Below are positions 1-11,203 of a stretch of DNA of 64,000 nucleotides, piece by piece (the first letter of the stretch is position 1; each line of letters starts with the position of its first letter). The position numbers and the translations under genes are program-made. The notes beneath the pieces are model-generated. The model did no database searches. It worked only from the letters and a program-made list of their open reading frames with translations, and was not told the DNA's origin. The DNA is from Marsupella aquatica (lineage: Eukaryota > Plantae > Marchantiophyta): positions 23,868,709-23,932,708 of the forward strand of contig OZ316894.1 in assembly GCA_973895155.1 (NCBI GenBank). The letters run 5' to 3'.

Positions 1-1456
1 CAACAACTAAAACATATATCAAGAATTCTTCACAAGTTCTTCCCAATTAGAAGAGGCGGTGTGGCTGGTGGAGGGGGGAGGGAAATAGTGGTCTTAGAGA
101 TTGGAGATACGCTACTTTGAGAACTCCTTGCAACTATTGCCAACTGCCCACCTTTCCCAGAGGTAGGAGATATAATGAGTACATTTACGGATGACTCTGT
201 GTTGGATGTCGATTCATTCCCTGAACTTTGTGTAGTGAGGGAGGTCATCATGCCCAGGCATGACACAGGGGCGGAAGATGATGCAACAGGATTGGACGAT
301 GCGTCTGACGGGGAGGAATCAGGGCTGGAAGATACAAACAAGACTCCCAATGCAGACAGGTCTGAGAAGGACCTGGGAAAAGTTGGTGTGACCTGGCTGA
401 CGGTAGTGGGTTCTCGATCAAATTGTCCTGTGTACAAAGCAAATACCCAAATCAACGAAAAAATTGGGTTTGAAAGATTAGTCGCATTGAAGGGTGAATT
501 TCGCACCATTGCAACTACCAACGGTATATCTACATGGTGGAATATGGTGTAGATTGTGACCATGGGTGTACGTTGCAGCGGGCATTGCGGTAGTGAAACC
601 GTTGGGGACGGTGTGAGTTATGTTGTTTTAGTGGGGTATGTTGGGTAATGAGGGGTATGCAGGATGCCTACGAAGTAGATGGCTATGATTCAGATGGACG
701 GCTATGATTATGCAAAAAGTGAATCAACGGCCAGTAAGGTGTCTGAGAATGGGCGGATGATGAGGTTTGGGAGTGAAATGTATGAGCGTGAGGAAAGTAC
801 GCTTAGGGGCTACGGGGCTACATTTAGGGTAATGATCGGTCACTTTTAGGGAGTGTAATGGTGACGGCACACACAAGGCTTTGCGGGAGTGATTACTGCA
901 GCCCGTAAGGTCATTGTTGGTCGTGATGAAATGTTGGCGCACAGAGGATACATGTTTACGATACATATGAAGAAAGGAAGGCTTGCTACATTTCATTGTG
1001 GAGCTTCCTACAGTTTCCAGTAGTGATGTGTAATCCATTTTTGCAATACTTACGACGTGCCTTCTCCTACAGACATTCCAGTTGATTCCTTTTTATAGCG
1101 TCTTCTGCAGATTGCTCCCACTTACTTTCATTTTGTGCAGCATGACATAGGGTACGAGAGAATGGCATTGGGTATGAGAGGGATACCTATTAATGATAGT
1201 GGTGAAAAGTCTAATGGCGACTAGCAGTCGCCCTAGTGGTCGACACCCAATTGTGACAAGAAGTCGCCTTGCAAGTCGACCCCCAATGGCGACAAGAAGT
1301 CGTGCACACAGTGCTGGTCATCCGACGCAAACTTCAAACCTCATGCAGGAAACTAAGGACGTCAAAGATAGTGAGCACTTCTCACTAATGTTATTTTGAA
1401 CATTGCAGTTGTTTGCTTATAATGTTGGGATTCTTATTCATGCTCTGTTTTTATAG

Positions 1457-2029
1457 CTCAGGAGACGCAAACGATATGGAAGTCGTTTACTAGGACACAA
1501 ATATAGAATGTACTGGAGATGGTGCCATCCAAACATAAATTGGTGAAATCGGTGGGTCTCGTGAATACCCTGGAGCTTGATTGGCCACCAGCAGCAATTC
1601 TAGCTGTGAAGGATTTTGCCATGGGGTACGATGGCCACCTCAACACAGTTCACTTTTGGGGTGTTGTTCTCAATTCACAAGGATGTAATTCGACAGGCGT
1701 TCAGTCTCCCCACGGGAAATTTTGCAGAATTATCGACTGAGTGGGTTGACGGTCAAATCGATTCAATCTTTACAAAATGGGTTGCGGGAAACCCATACAC
1801 CATTGGACATTTCAGCTCACCCTTCATCAATTGGTGTGGGATTATCAAGGTGCTGAATTCCTTGCTTTTATGCAAGCGCAAACCCAATCAGGTGAACGCA
1901 AGGCAAATGTGGGTGTATTGGGCATACTGGTGGAATGAAATTGTGGAGTGTGATCGATTTGAAGGTGTTGCGACTCCAATTGTGAAGCCGGATTGGGCGG
2001 AATTGATTTTTGAGGAATTAGGAGCATAA
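1457..2029 (+). pseudogene. Decayed exon encoding a transposon-associated domain (plant mobile domain / Transposase_32-like)
   Basis: Acceptor tttatAG at 1455-1456. ORFs 1519..1740 and 1616..2029 join across a frameshift to give VKSVGLVNTLELDW...KDF...IRQAFSLPTG...IIKVLNSLLLCKRKP...KPDWAELIFEEL, which aligns motif by motif with the ORF at 7127 and the pol extension near 17990. Family name is inferred by eye. Confidence 0.5.
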
Positions 2030-2204
2030 ATTCTCAATTTATAGAGGCACCTATTGAGGAAAGGTAAGGTGGATAAATGGCAACCGTCCGGTGTATTGTG
2101 GAACTGCAATTACCAAACTGCTTCTACATCATGGGTATTCCCTGGACCAGCTGATGTGCGATTGGGACGGTGGTGAAGTGGAAATGTCAGAGGGCAGGGA
2201 CGAT

Positions 2205-2490
2205 GAAGAGCAACACGTACATGGTGAGGAGCATGAATGTTCCGACGGTGCGTAGAGTGTACCCAATGATGAGCAGCATGCTGCGCAGGAATGTGACGAT
2301 GGTGCACAGAGAGCTCCCGATGGTGAGCAGCATGCTGCGCAGGAATGTGACGATCGTGCGCAGAGATCACCTGATGGTGAGCAGCAGGAATGTGATGATG
2401 GTGCGCATAGATCACCCGTTGGTGAGCAGAAATCACCCGATGGTGAGCAGCATGCTGTGCATGAATGTGACAATGGTGCGCATAGATCGT
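2205..2490 (+). repeat. Degenerate 54-bp coding-type tandem repeat (DGEQHAAQECDDGAQRAP-like unit)
   Basis: gagcagcatgctgcgcaggaatgtgacgat recurs at 2271 and 2325 (54-bp spacing), with shortened variants to ~2490. Confidence 0.8.
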
Positions 2491-3599
2491 CAGGAAGAAT
2501 TGACTAACGGTGACCGGACAACCCCTCCTGCGGCAGAGTGCTTGCAAATTTTGGGAAAGCACATTCCCGACCTGGAGTTGATGTTGCAAAGAAACGCGAG
2601 ACCATCTAGGTGAACTAGTGGAGAGTTACAAATGCCTAAAACATGTTCTGGAACGTCATGTGTGTGGTCATAAGCCATACAAGGCAAAACACAAGAAGAT
2701 TGCATTTGAATTGATAAATGAAAATGAGTTTCTGAGGAACCGTTGTGAGAAAATTGCTCAGAAAACAAGAAGCTGTCAGTGACACATTTCCTAGACAAGA
2801 TGCAAACGTTGTTGCTGAGGAATGTGAGGTTCTGCTAGCACTTCAAGGCACGACACCTGCAGATACGCAACTCGGAGCTGAGCAGGTGCAACATTGCGTG
2901 ATTTCAGAGCCCACCTTTATTTCAGAGGGAGAGGCACCAAATGCAACAGCAACATCCAAAGTTGAGGTACAAGATTCAAGGGAACCATCAGAAGTTGAGG
3001 AACCAGCTGCAGAGGGAGAGGCAGAAATGGTTGGACCAGCATCACAAGTAGAGGTCCCGGCTGTAGAGGGAGAGGCATAAATGGTTGGACCAACATCACA
3101 AGTAGTCAGAGGTCCCAGTTGCAGAGGAGGATGCACCATCAGATGTGCCAGGTTCATCAACGATTTTTGTTCTTTTCAACACACCAAATAAGATATAGCG
3201 ATGGAGGGCTGGGCCGAGTCACACTCCGTCGCCACCTAAGAAGAGAATATGTGTTGACCAGAGTACCCCATCACCACCCAAGGAGAAAGATGTCGAATCC
3301 CAGACTCCATCATACAAGTATTTGAATGCCTGTTCAGATGAGGAGGACGCGGGTGAGGATGAGGACGAGGACGAGGACAAACCCGAGGAGGAGTACTCTG
3401 AATCAGGGTCCAAAGGAGATAATGATGACCGATCGCTATTGATGGATCAAACTGGCAAGAGGAGGCAATTCAGTGTGGAAAGGTAAGTGCTTCTAATCCA
3501 GACCTCGATCTGTTTCAAGTTTGAGTTCAAGGATTTTAGGAACTGTTTCTTGATATGACCGAAGAGCGGAAACTTCAGACCATTCTTGTACAATTTCGC

Positions 3600-6500
3600 A
3601 AGAGGATATTGAAGGAAGTCATTTGACAGCAATGATGAGCCCCCCATCTGGTACAATGTCAATAACTCTGTATCCCCACCAGCAGATTGGTCTTGCTTGG
3701 ATGGTGGATAGGGAGTCAAGGAAGAGCTCTCCACTTGGAGGAATCTTGGCAGATGACCAGGTAATTATTAAATCTATTTTGTTTGGATTGGAAACTCTAC
3801 GTGCACCCTTTGTCCGTCGCTTTCAATGTTTACAAGTGGGGTCTTGGTAGTGGGGTATTGGGGTATCAGTAGTGGGGTATTGGGGTAACTATGTGCATGG
3901 TCTTTTTGTTCCTTGTAAGCACAGAGTATGTTGAGTGTTTGTTTTGTTGATTTTTTGCAGGGAATGGGGAAGACACTCCATGTGATTGCCCTCATGATGA
4001 CCAACCGGCCTCAAAATTGCAGGCCAACTCTCGTTGTTTGCCCATCCAGTGCGATAATTCAATGGGCCAAGGAAATCAACGATATGACCACGAAGGCCGC
4101 CAATATGATTGTTCTTGTGTACCACGGCAATAGCAGGAAGAAGGACCCAAAGTACATTGCAACATTTGGGGTTGTCGTAACAACTTATGCCATTTTGTCA
4201 GCCGAGTTGAGCGTGGTTCCCAAGAAGCGGAAGAAAGGTCACTGGTGCCTTTGACAATTAAACGGGCACTAGGTGCTTTGGAGCGGACCCGGTGGTTCAG
4301 AGTGGTCCTGGACAAGTGTCATGTCATGAAGAATAGATTGAGCCAGTACTTTAAAGCAACGTGTTGTCTCCCGACGGAGAAAAGATGGTGCCTAAGTGGC
4401 ACACCAATACCGAATGAACCTAAGGATCTCTTTCATTATTTCAGGCAAGATTTCAGGTTCCTGCAATACTGTCCTCTACGCAAGTGGGGGGATTTCAACA
4501 AAATGTTGAAGATGATGAATGGTAGCACGAGTAAATCATATCAATTCCTATCTTGACACTTGGTGGCGATTACACTCAGACAAACCAAAAGTAAGTATGT
4601 TGTAGTTGTTGACATCATTTGTCCGTTAGGTTGACTCTGTTAGCAAATGATGCACTGATGGTCTCATTGTGTTCATGTGCAGGCATTCAATCTTGAGTTG
4701 CCGGTAAAGCACTCTCAGGAGGTAATAGTGGAATGGAGGAATGCAGAGAGAGATGCTCTCAACCAACATGATCGAATCAAATTATTGGCAGATCTCCAAT
4801 CAGTCAACATGCAAAGTGCTTGTATAGAATGCAAGGTAAGTATCTTAGCTCTAAGTGCGATGGGGTATTGGGGTACGAATGGCATGCAATTTGGTTGAGC
4901 GATTGTTCCTACCTGCATGGTGTTTGTAATGTTGACATTGGACATTTGTTTGTGCAGTCAAATTATGTTGGAGGTCCAATACATATTTCTCGCTATGGCC
5001 ACTTTTATTGTGGGTCTTGCGCGCTTCGAGGGCAGAAGGAAATCTTCACTTGCAAGTTCCCCAATTAATTGTAGGAGAAAGGTGGGCGCTGCAAAACTTT
5101 ACAGGAACGTAGACTTGTCAAGCAAGGAGGGTGATGGTGACGTCCTAGATGGATTGAAGTTTATTCAAACCCTTCCAACGACAACCTCTTCTGCCAAATT
5201 TGATGCAATCATGACATACTTGAAGGGTATTCCAAAAGATACTACAAAGCCACTCACCAAGGAACAATGTCATCCAAGAGAGAAGGCTCTTCTATTTTCG
5301 CAATGGACAAAATGTCTGGACTTGCTTGAGCCGCACCTCACAAAGGCTGGCCTTCGGTTCACAAGGATTGATGGGTCAATGGCCCCAAAAAAGAGAGACA
5401 AGGTGCTTCACATGTTCAACAGGACCTCTTAGGTGAGTCAAATTTGTCCATTTTCAGATAGCTAATTCATGTATACTTTTACATTATAATTTTAATGACC
5501 AATGTTTTCTATGGGCTGTATAGGTGAGCATCATTCTGCTTTCCTTGATGGCAACATCTACAGGTCTCAACATAACTTGCACAAATCATGTAGTTCTAGT
5601 AGACGGGTGGTGGAATCCCTGTGTGGAAGACCAGGCTGTGGACCGGGCACCCACCGTATTGGGTAGACAAAACCAGTCACTGTTGCACGGTTTATTGCTA
5701 GGGATTCCCCCTGGCCCCCCAGCATTATTAATAATGGGCTGGACGTGCGAACGAATGAAGGGTGCAAAAAATCTGATTTGAGATTATTTTTTATAATTGG
5801 CTTAGAAATATCAAGGGATGGTTTTATTCAAATAAACCTTTCTAACTAATATAGGCTTATATAAATGTCGCCCAAGTTAATATGCTTCAAGAGGTGATGT
5901 AATATGGATGTGACACGCGTCACAATAGGATTGGTCCTTGTGGCCACCCTTTATTGGAACATGTGTATATGACATATAATTATGCTTGCAACATCTATGA
6001 TTCAGAGTAGTTTAGGACTTTGGAGCTTTGAACCCTAACTACCCTGCCCTGTGGTTCAAAAATGCCCCAAAGTTGAAGTTTGGGGTTAAAGGGTCACGAA
6101 CACAAAAATGTATGTACCCAAAACCCTTCCAAAACACTCCCGTCAATTTTAGAACCGTTTGCACATGATGAATTTATAACTTTTCAAGGCTTATATAAAT
6201 GGTGTAAAATGTGAAATTATAATATCTCAAAGGGGCAGATTTATTCTGCAAAATTAAGTTTTTAAGAATAACAAGAGAAGTTTTTATAGGCTTCCAAAAA
6301 TAATAAGGGGTACTAGGGAAGGGGGTGTACGCACGTATACCTCTTTAGTTTACAAAGGCTGGGGCCCGGGGGGATTCCATTGAGGTGAAGATATTGAAGC
6401 TATAGGTAATTCCCTGTAACTATTACATCGAGTGTGCATTGTTTGTATATGGCTTTTATAATTAACCTGCTAGTTTTTGACTGCATTTCATGTGGATTGT

Positions 6501-6618
6501 GTTGATTGTGCAGAACAAGAAGTGGAGGATGATTGGTCAGATTATGTATGGTGGTGTGAAAAAACAGGATGTATCACAAGAAGACATTGCCTACTTATTC
6601 GCAAGTGACAGTTCTTAG
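3600..6618 (+). pseudogene. SNF2-family RING-containing helicase (RAD5/RAD16/RIS1-like; CHR27/CHR28-type GGILADDQG motif), intron-containing and disrupted
   Basis: Motifs LYPHQQIGLAWM, GGILADDQ|GMGKT (intron 3761-3960), PTLVVCP, VVVTTY, WFRVVLDKCH (altered DEAH box), RWCLSGTPI, RING CIEC...[55 protein letters not shown]-terminal EDIAYLF then TAG at 6616-6618. GT-AG introns at 4590, 4836 and 5433. Several stops and frameshifts plus a MITE insertion. Confidence 0.92.
5707..6373. mobile_element. ~660-bp MITE-like insertion within a helicase exon
   Basis: Imperfect terminal inverted repeats ccccctggccccccagc and gctggggcccgggggg. GGGATTCC is duplicated at 5701-5708 and 6371-6378. Removing the insert restores RFIARDSIEVKILKL. 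Confidence 0.85.
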
Positions 6619-6848
6619 TCGGATTCTGATTAGGTATATATAGCTAGGGGTTCACTTGGCAACTCAGGAGCAAGCTGTATATATAGCATCAGAAGTATGT
6701 AGTACGTAGAGTTACATTGTACTACACACTGTGATTTTATATATAAAGGTGTGAGTATTGGGTAATACCAAAAACCTGAAATTACTGAAAAATTTAAACT
6801 TTTTACAGTGTTTAAGCTTGCTGTTGCTGTTAAAGTGCCAAGTGTAAA

Positions 6849-7025
6849 CTACGGGTATACTTTATAACGGGATTATGCATTTACGCGTATAAGCGTTATG
6901 GGTTACGGGTTTACGCGTTTACGCCGATACGGGATTACGGGTTACGCCTTACGCATTTAAGGAAAGTTCACGTTACGGAGCTACGGCTAACTTCGCAACG
7001 GGACTTAGCAACGGAACGGGGACTT
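6849..7025 (+). repeat. Array of TTACG/TACGG short motifs (left)
   Basis: ttacgcg, ttacggg, ttacgcc, ttacgca and ttacgga recur, densest at 6881-6980 with ~7-8 bp spacing. Confidence 0.8.
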
Positions 7026-7126
7026 CATGCCTTGATAGGAACCAAGCACAGAGTTCAGGCGCTCACTCTTGTCTCTTCACCACCCCTATTCACTTGCTCT
7101 TTCCCTTCGAAAGTAACCTTCGCAGC

Positions 7127-8413
7127 ATGCAAATTATCGTTGCAGCTATGGCGAACCTGGGTGCTGAGGAACAGTATCAAATTGAAGCTCCAACAGTCTC
7201 AAAAGTAGTGGCAGCTCGTATACCACGAGCGCCTGATAGTCTTTCTAATTTACAAGACTCTTTACAGCACTTAGGATTGGAACGCTTACTCAAGATTCCC
7301 TGGAATGTCGAGCTCGACTCATACTTACAGGATTTTGTAAAGGGGACTATCATTCCGATTGAATTCAGGCGAACGATTCGAGCTCGCCCCAGCCTGTGGA
7401 TTGTTGAGCAAATTGCTTATGCCTTTGGATGCCCGTCAGAAGGAGAGGCGTTATATTCCAAGAAGCAGGACTTATCTACTCCATACTTTTCAGGAACTCG
7501 AAATCTCAAAAATGGCTGGAACTTGTCCGAGTGTACTTATCCCGAATTGAGAGTGCTCATGGAATTTCTGGTACCCATTCTTCATCCGAAAAAGCCAACC
7601 CTCTGTCCTGTGGCCTTGGCTAGCACTATTGTAGCTGCTCACAGTGGAGCTATAAAAGTAAATTGGGCCCTACTTCTGTTTAATGTAATGAAGGATCAAG
7701 TAAGGAGCTTGGAATCGGGGAGGACCACTTGCTTGCAGAATTATCTCTCTCAGCTCTATTATGCCCATGACTGTTTACATCTTGAGGAAGAGACAGAGAG
7801 GGGGTTACTCCTAATTGACCTGGGTATTGAAGAAGAAATTCCTATGGACGACATTGTACATGTCACCCCTTTGAATTCGAATGATCAGAACGTTGAGGAG
7901 AATGCTGATGTTCCTATGGAGGATGCTTCAATAGAAGTTCCTACACATTCTCCTATGCATAACAGGGAAGTTGTTTGTCATCCAATAAGTAATGAGAATT
8001 CCCCCAGCCGGACTACGGATGCAGATCCACTAGAAGCTAAAGAAGTAAGGAGCATTCATCAACAAGACGATGTTGCTACACCAACTACTGCTGTCATCCT
8101 AAGGACCAGCTCGTCCACTCCTTCAAAAGCAAAGTCGAATCAGTAGCTTATTGATAAGTTGACATCTCTTCTAAGTTGCAGTGATGATGGACTATATGAT
8201 GTTGTTAGTAATTTGAGAATGGAGGCTGTTAGTTTGGGATCACCATTTCATGATCAGCTAAGCCCTGTCAGAATGACCTCTCCCCCAAGAGAACCAACAC
8301 CAATGGAGTTTGTGATCTGTACTCCTGTCACTATACAGCCCCCTCCCCTAGAAACAAGTGAACCTGTTCCAGTGACAGAAAGTATCAGCTGTGTAGCCAT
8401 TGTGGATGACTTG
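7127..8413 (+). pseudogene. 5' half of an interrupted ~810-aa ORF with a transposon-associated (PMD/Transposase_32-like) N-terminal domain
   Basis: ORFs 7094..8146 and 8159.. are in the same frame, separated by one TAG. Motifs LQHLGLERLLKIPW, AFGCPSEG, KNGW..SEC, ILHPKKP, KVNWA. Cut at the ACTTG target site by the gypsy insertion. Confidence 0.7.
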
Positions 8414-8540
8414 TGTAAACGATAAAAATTACACCGGCAATATTATAGTTTTTTTTAGGGTTTAGAAGTGTCAACTAGAGGTCAACCAAGAGTATTTAGG
8501 AAGTAGTAAGCAAGGACCAGCGGTTATTCATTTTGTTGCG

Positions 8541-9145
8541 ATGACAGAAAGGCTAGAAGTAGGGGAGGCGACCATCATCTCGATTAACGGTCGTGGAGGA
8601 GTCAAGTTCTGCTATGAAGGCTGCGATGGCCTACTAGCAAATGGTAGAGTATGTGCCTTAGGCACAAGAGCTCGACAGAAAAGGCAAGGGGGGGCGAATA
8701 TAGAAACCCCCGTTAGCAGGAATCGGTTAGCTCATGAGTGTAAGTCGCTAGGCAAAGGAGTGCCTATGTTCATGTTCACTATTCGGATCAAAGAAGGAAG
8801 CTGTCGTGTATGGGATGCGGCGGGGCAACAATTGTTCGGAATGAAGGGCGAAGAGTTCCGCCAACGATTCACCACCGGCGAGGCCATTGAAGAACTCTGT
8901 AGAAAGGTCATGCGGAAGAAATGGAATCTGCTGCTAAGATGGGAGAACAGCACGATCAGCGAATTACGTGGCGATTAATCACCGCCGAACAAGTAATCAT
9001 GGCCGGCGAACCGAGCAACCCCAAGGAAGATGACAGAAGTCAGGAGGTCGAGGCACATATGGCAAGATTAACAATCAGGAGTCCGGAAGCTTCCGGATCA
9101 GGCGCAACCGAAGGGAATCGAGGAGGCCGTTGCACAGTTCAGTAA
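8541..9145 (+). CDS. LTR-encoded RPA70 C-terminal (DBD-C)-like zinc/OB-fold protein; one frameshift in this copy (consensus 201 aa)
   Basis: ATIISI..FCYEGC-x9-C...HEC...FMFTIRIKEGSCRVWDAAGQQLFGMKGEEF...KKWNLLLR...RITWRLITAEQV parallels the RPA1 DBD-C pattern (ATI..I..F.Y.AC..C..C..C..Y.L.....D......F...A..LLG..A.E). A 1-nt deletion near 8950 relative to the 3' LTR breaks this copy. Confidence 0.7.
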
Positions 9146-9470
9146 CCAGGAAGACAGAACTTCTTGACATAGTAATCAGCAGTTCTTGGCTTCCACTCAT
9201 CGTTCTGGTAGGCATTAGTTAGCGTTCTTGATGAATGAGCGAAGGAGATCAAAGAGGAGGCGCGAGTCGTCCAACTGTAATCGGCGCACCCCAAGAAGTA
9301 GTAGAGGCCTCAGGCAAAGACGGACGCGAGGCATAGGTATTTAGAGGATGTGGAGCGCTAGGCGCTCTGTCACTTTTTGCTAGAAGTCTGGGGCAAGGTA
9401 GGGCTCCGCTCACCTTAGGAATGCCAGCAATTTTGTAATAGTGTCCCTACTCAGTTGAGTAGTCTTTGAG

Positions 9471-9477
9471 TATAAAG
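9471..9477 (+). promoter_or_regulatory. Candidate LTR TATA box, followed by a (GA)n tract at 9544-9564
   Basis: TATAAAG present in both LTRs, at a position plausible for the U3/R boundary. TSS not known. Confidence 0.5.
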
Positions 9478-10284
9478 AGAGAGTTTGGAATGAATGCAAC
9501 AGAGTGAAGTCCGCACTTGAGCAGTGAATGAGAACGTCGAATCAGAGAGAGAGAGAGAGAGAGAAGGAATTTGCCTTATGCAGCAAGTCGTTACTCGTTA
9601 ATCGCAACGATGAATGAATATTGTCTCATTGCGAACCAGAACCTTACGGGCCAGCCCCTCAAGGTATAGGTTGAACAGACAGCTAGTGAGAAGCGGTGTC
9701 TGGTTGGAGATAGTGTGTTTTGAAGGCGATACACTGGTCGTCATACACCTCCATCATATAAGGGTAAATGTGATACTGGGGTACTTGCTTAGGGTAACCC
9801 TGTCACAGTCACCCACACAATCCGGAAATCAATTGCCAGGCAGGCTGATTCAAAGGACAGCCGGACTTAATCAGGTCACGGCTACTAAAAACCATGAACA
9901 TAGACAGTAGTGACGACAAGTCTTGCTCCTTGATTACCTTAAGATCACTGGAACTGTGGATCTATTCTGTCAGCACCCATCTTATTTCCCGTCAGTCACT
10001 ATACGAGAACATTCTGATTTGCTTGATCACTTACCGCGAGTGGTGTGGGTTCATTGAGATTGTGTATAGAGAGGGGTTAGTGTTGGCCGAGGCTGAAGTA
10101 CCTAAGAAGTGGAAGACGGAACTCGACATTCAAGAGCACTTGGTCGGATTCACTTACGGGGACTGTGTCGAGATAGAAGGAGTTCCGCCTCTTGGAGGTC
10201 GGTTAATCATTTAAACGAGATTACTGAGGAGAAGGTAGTTAAACGGCCATTAATCGCAAGGTTGAAGTTGGCATTTAACATTTT

Positions 10285-10301
10285 TGGCGACCATACTGGG
10301 G
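10285..10301 (+). promoter_or_regulatory. Primer-binding site, tRNA-Arg(UCG)-type
   Basis: TGGCGACCATACTGGG after a 4-nt spacer following the LTR; complementary to a tRNA 3' end of the form ...UGGUCGCCA. Anticodon assignment is from memory of tRNA-Arg sequences. Confidence 0.8.
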
Positions 10302-11203
10302 AACGCCTCGTTGAGGGTTCCGAAAGAGGAGCAACTGCTACGACCAGCAGTCCGAACCAAGAGAGAAACGCGCAGATCCAAAAAGGCGAACGGGTGACAT
10401 GAACTCGCCAAAGGAGTTCTGGACGATGTTCTATTTTGAGAAGGAGGCCGAAGCAGCAATCATAGCAACACTGAACAAGAAAGAGCACTCGATACTAGCC
10501 AGCGGGAGAAGTAGGGCACGAGAAGGCGATGTTATGATAATTGCTTACACCACGCCCACACACACAGAGTTGGTACTTCGAGAAGTGCATGGAGGAACCT
10601 AGAACGTGAGGAGGCGAGCAATTCATTTGCAATCCTCTGTTCGGAGCAGCGTTTACAGCAACGACCATGCCACCAAGTGATCGATTACCTCAAGGCTACA
10701 CGCAGTACCGCCTACCCAAGAGAAAGGAGGACCTTAGAAAACTCTTAGAATGGTGTCATTGGAATCGAAATGAGTACCCGGTTGCGATAGCATTGCAGAT
10801 AGGCAGAATCGCTAGGAAATTAAGTTCTAAACTAGAGGAAACCGTAGGAGCTTGCCCAAGATGTATGATGTGGAGTCAACATGACAGTTTTGAGTTTTCT
10901 ATGTTAAACCAGTTATTAACGATGTGCTTTAACGAGGAACTCATGGCTCCAGAAGCCTGCACTCCTAGTTTAAGCAAATAGGAGTCATTTCGTAGAGGGC
11001 ATAGCCGCAGTTGAGCAAAGGAGAGAGAGGAACTGATTAACATAAGTTATAGCATTAGTCAAGTAAAGGAGACAGTAGAACGTCTCCGTTTTTGTGAAAA
11101 GTAACAAGTAATAAGATCTTGACATCACCCTTGTAAAGAAAGACCTGATCGTTGAGTATATTGCTTGAAGGCAGAGAAAAGGCTTTGCTAACCCAGAAGA
11201 TAA

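Larger units (their letters stand above)
8414..10280 (+). repeat. 5' LTR
   Basis: TGTAAACG...TTTAACA; about 98% identical to 19675-21541 by manual comparison. Confidence 0.97.

Noticed and set aside
175-552. Acidic 125-aa ORF at the window start
   Set aside because: Probably part of a decayed TE gene extending outside the window; no recognisable motif.
2129-2589. Cys/His-rich minus-strand ORFs resembling metallothionein
   Set aside because: They are antisense shadows of the 54-bp repeat on the plus strand.
9614-9910. 98/99-aa ORF present in both LTRs
   Set aside because: Retention is expected at ~98% LTR identity, and the ORF has no motif or domain-like features.
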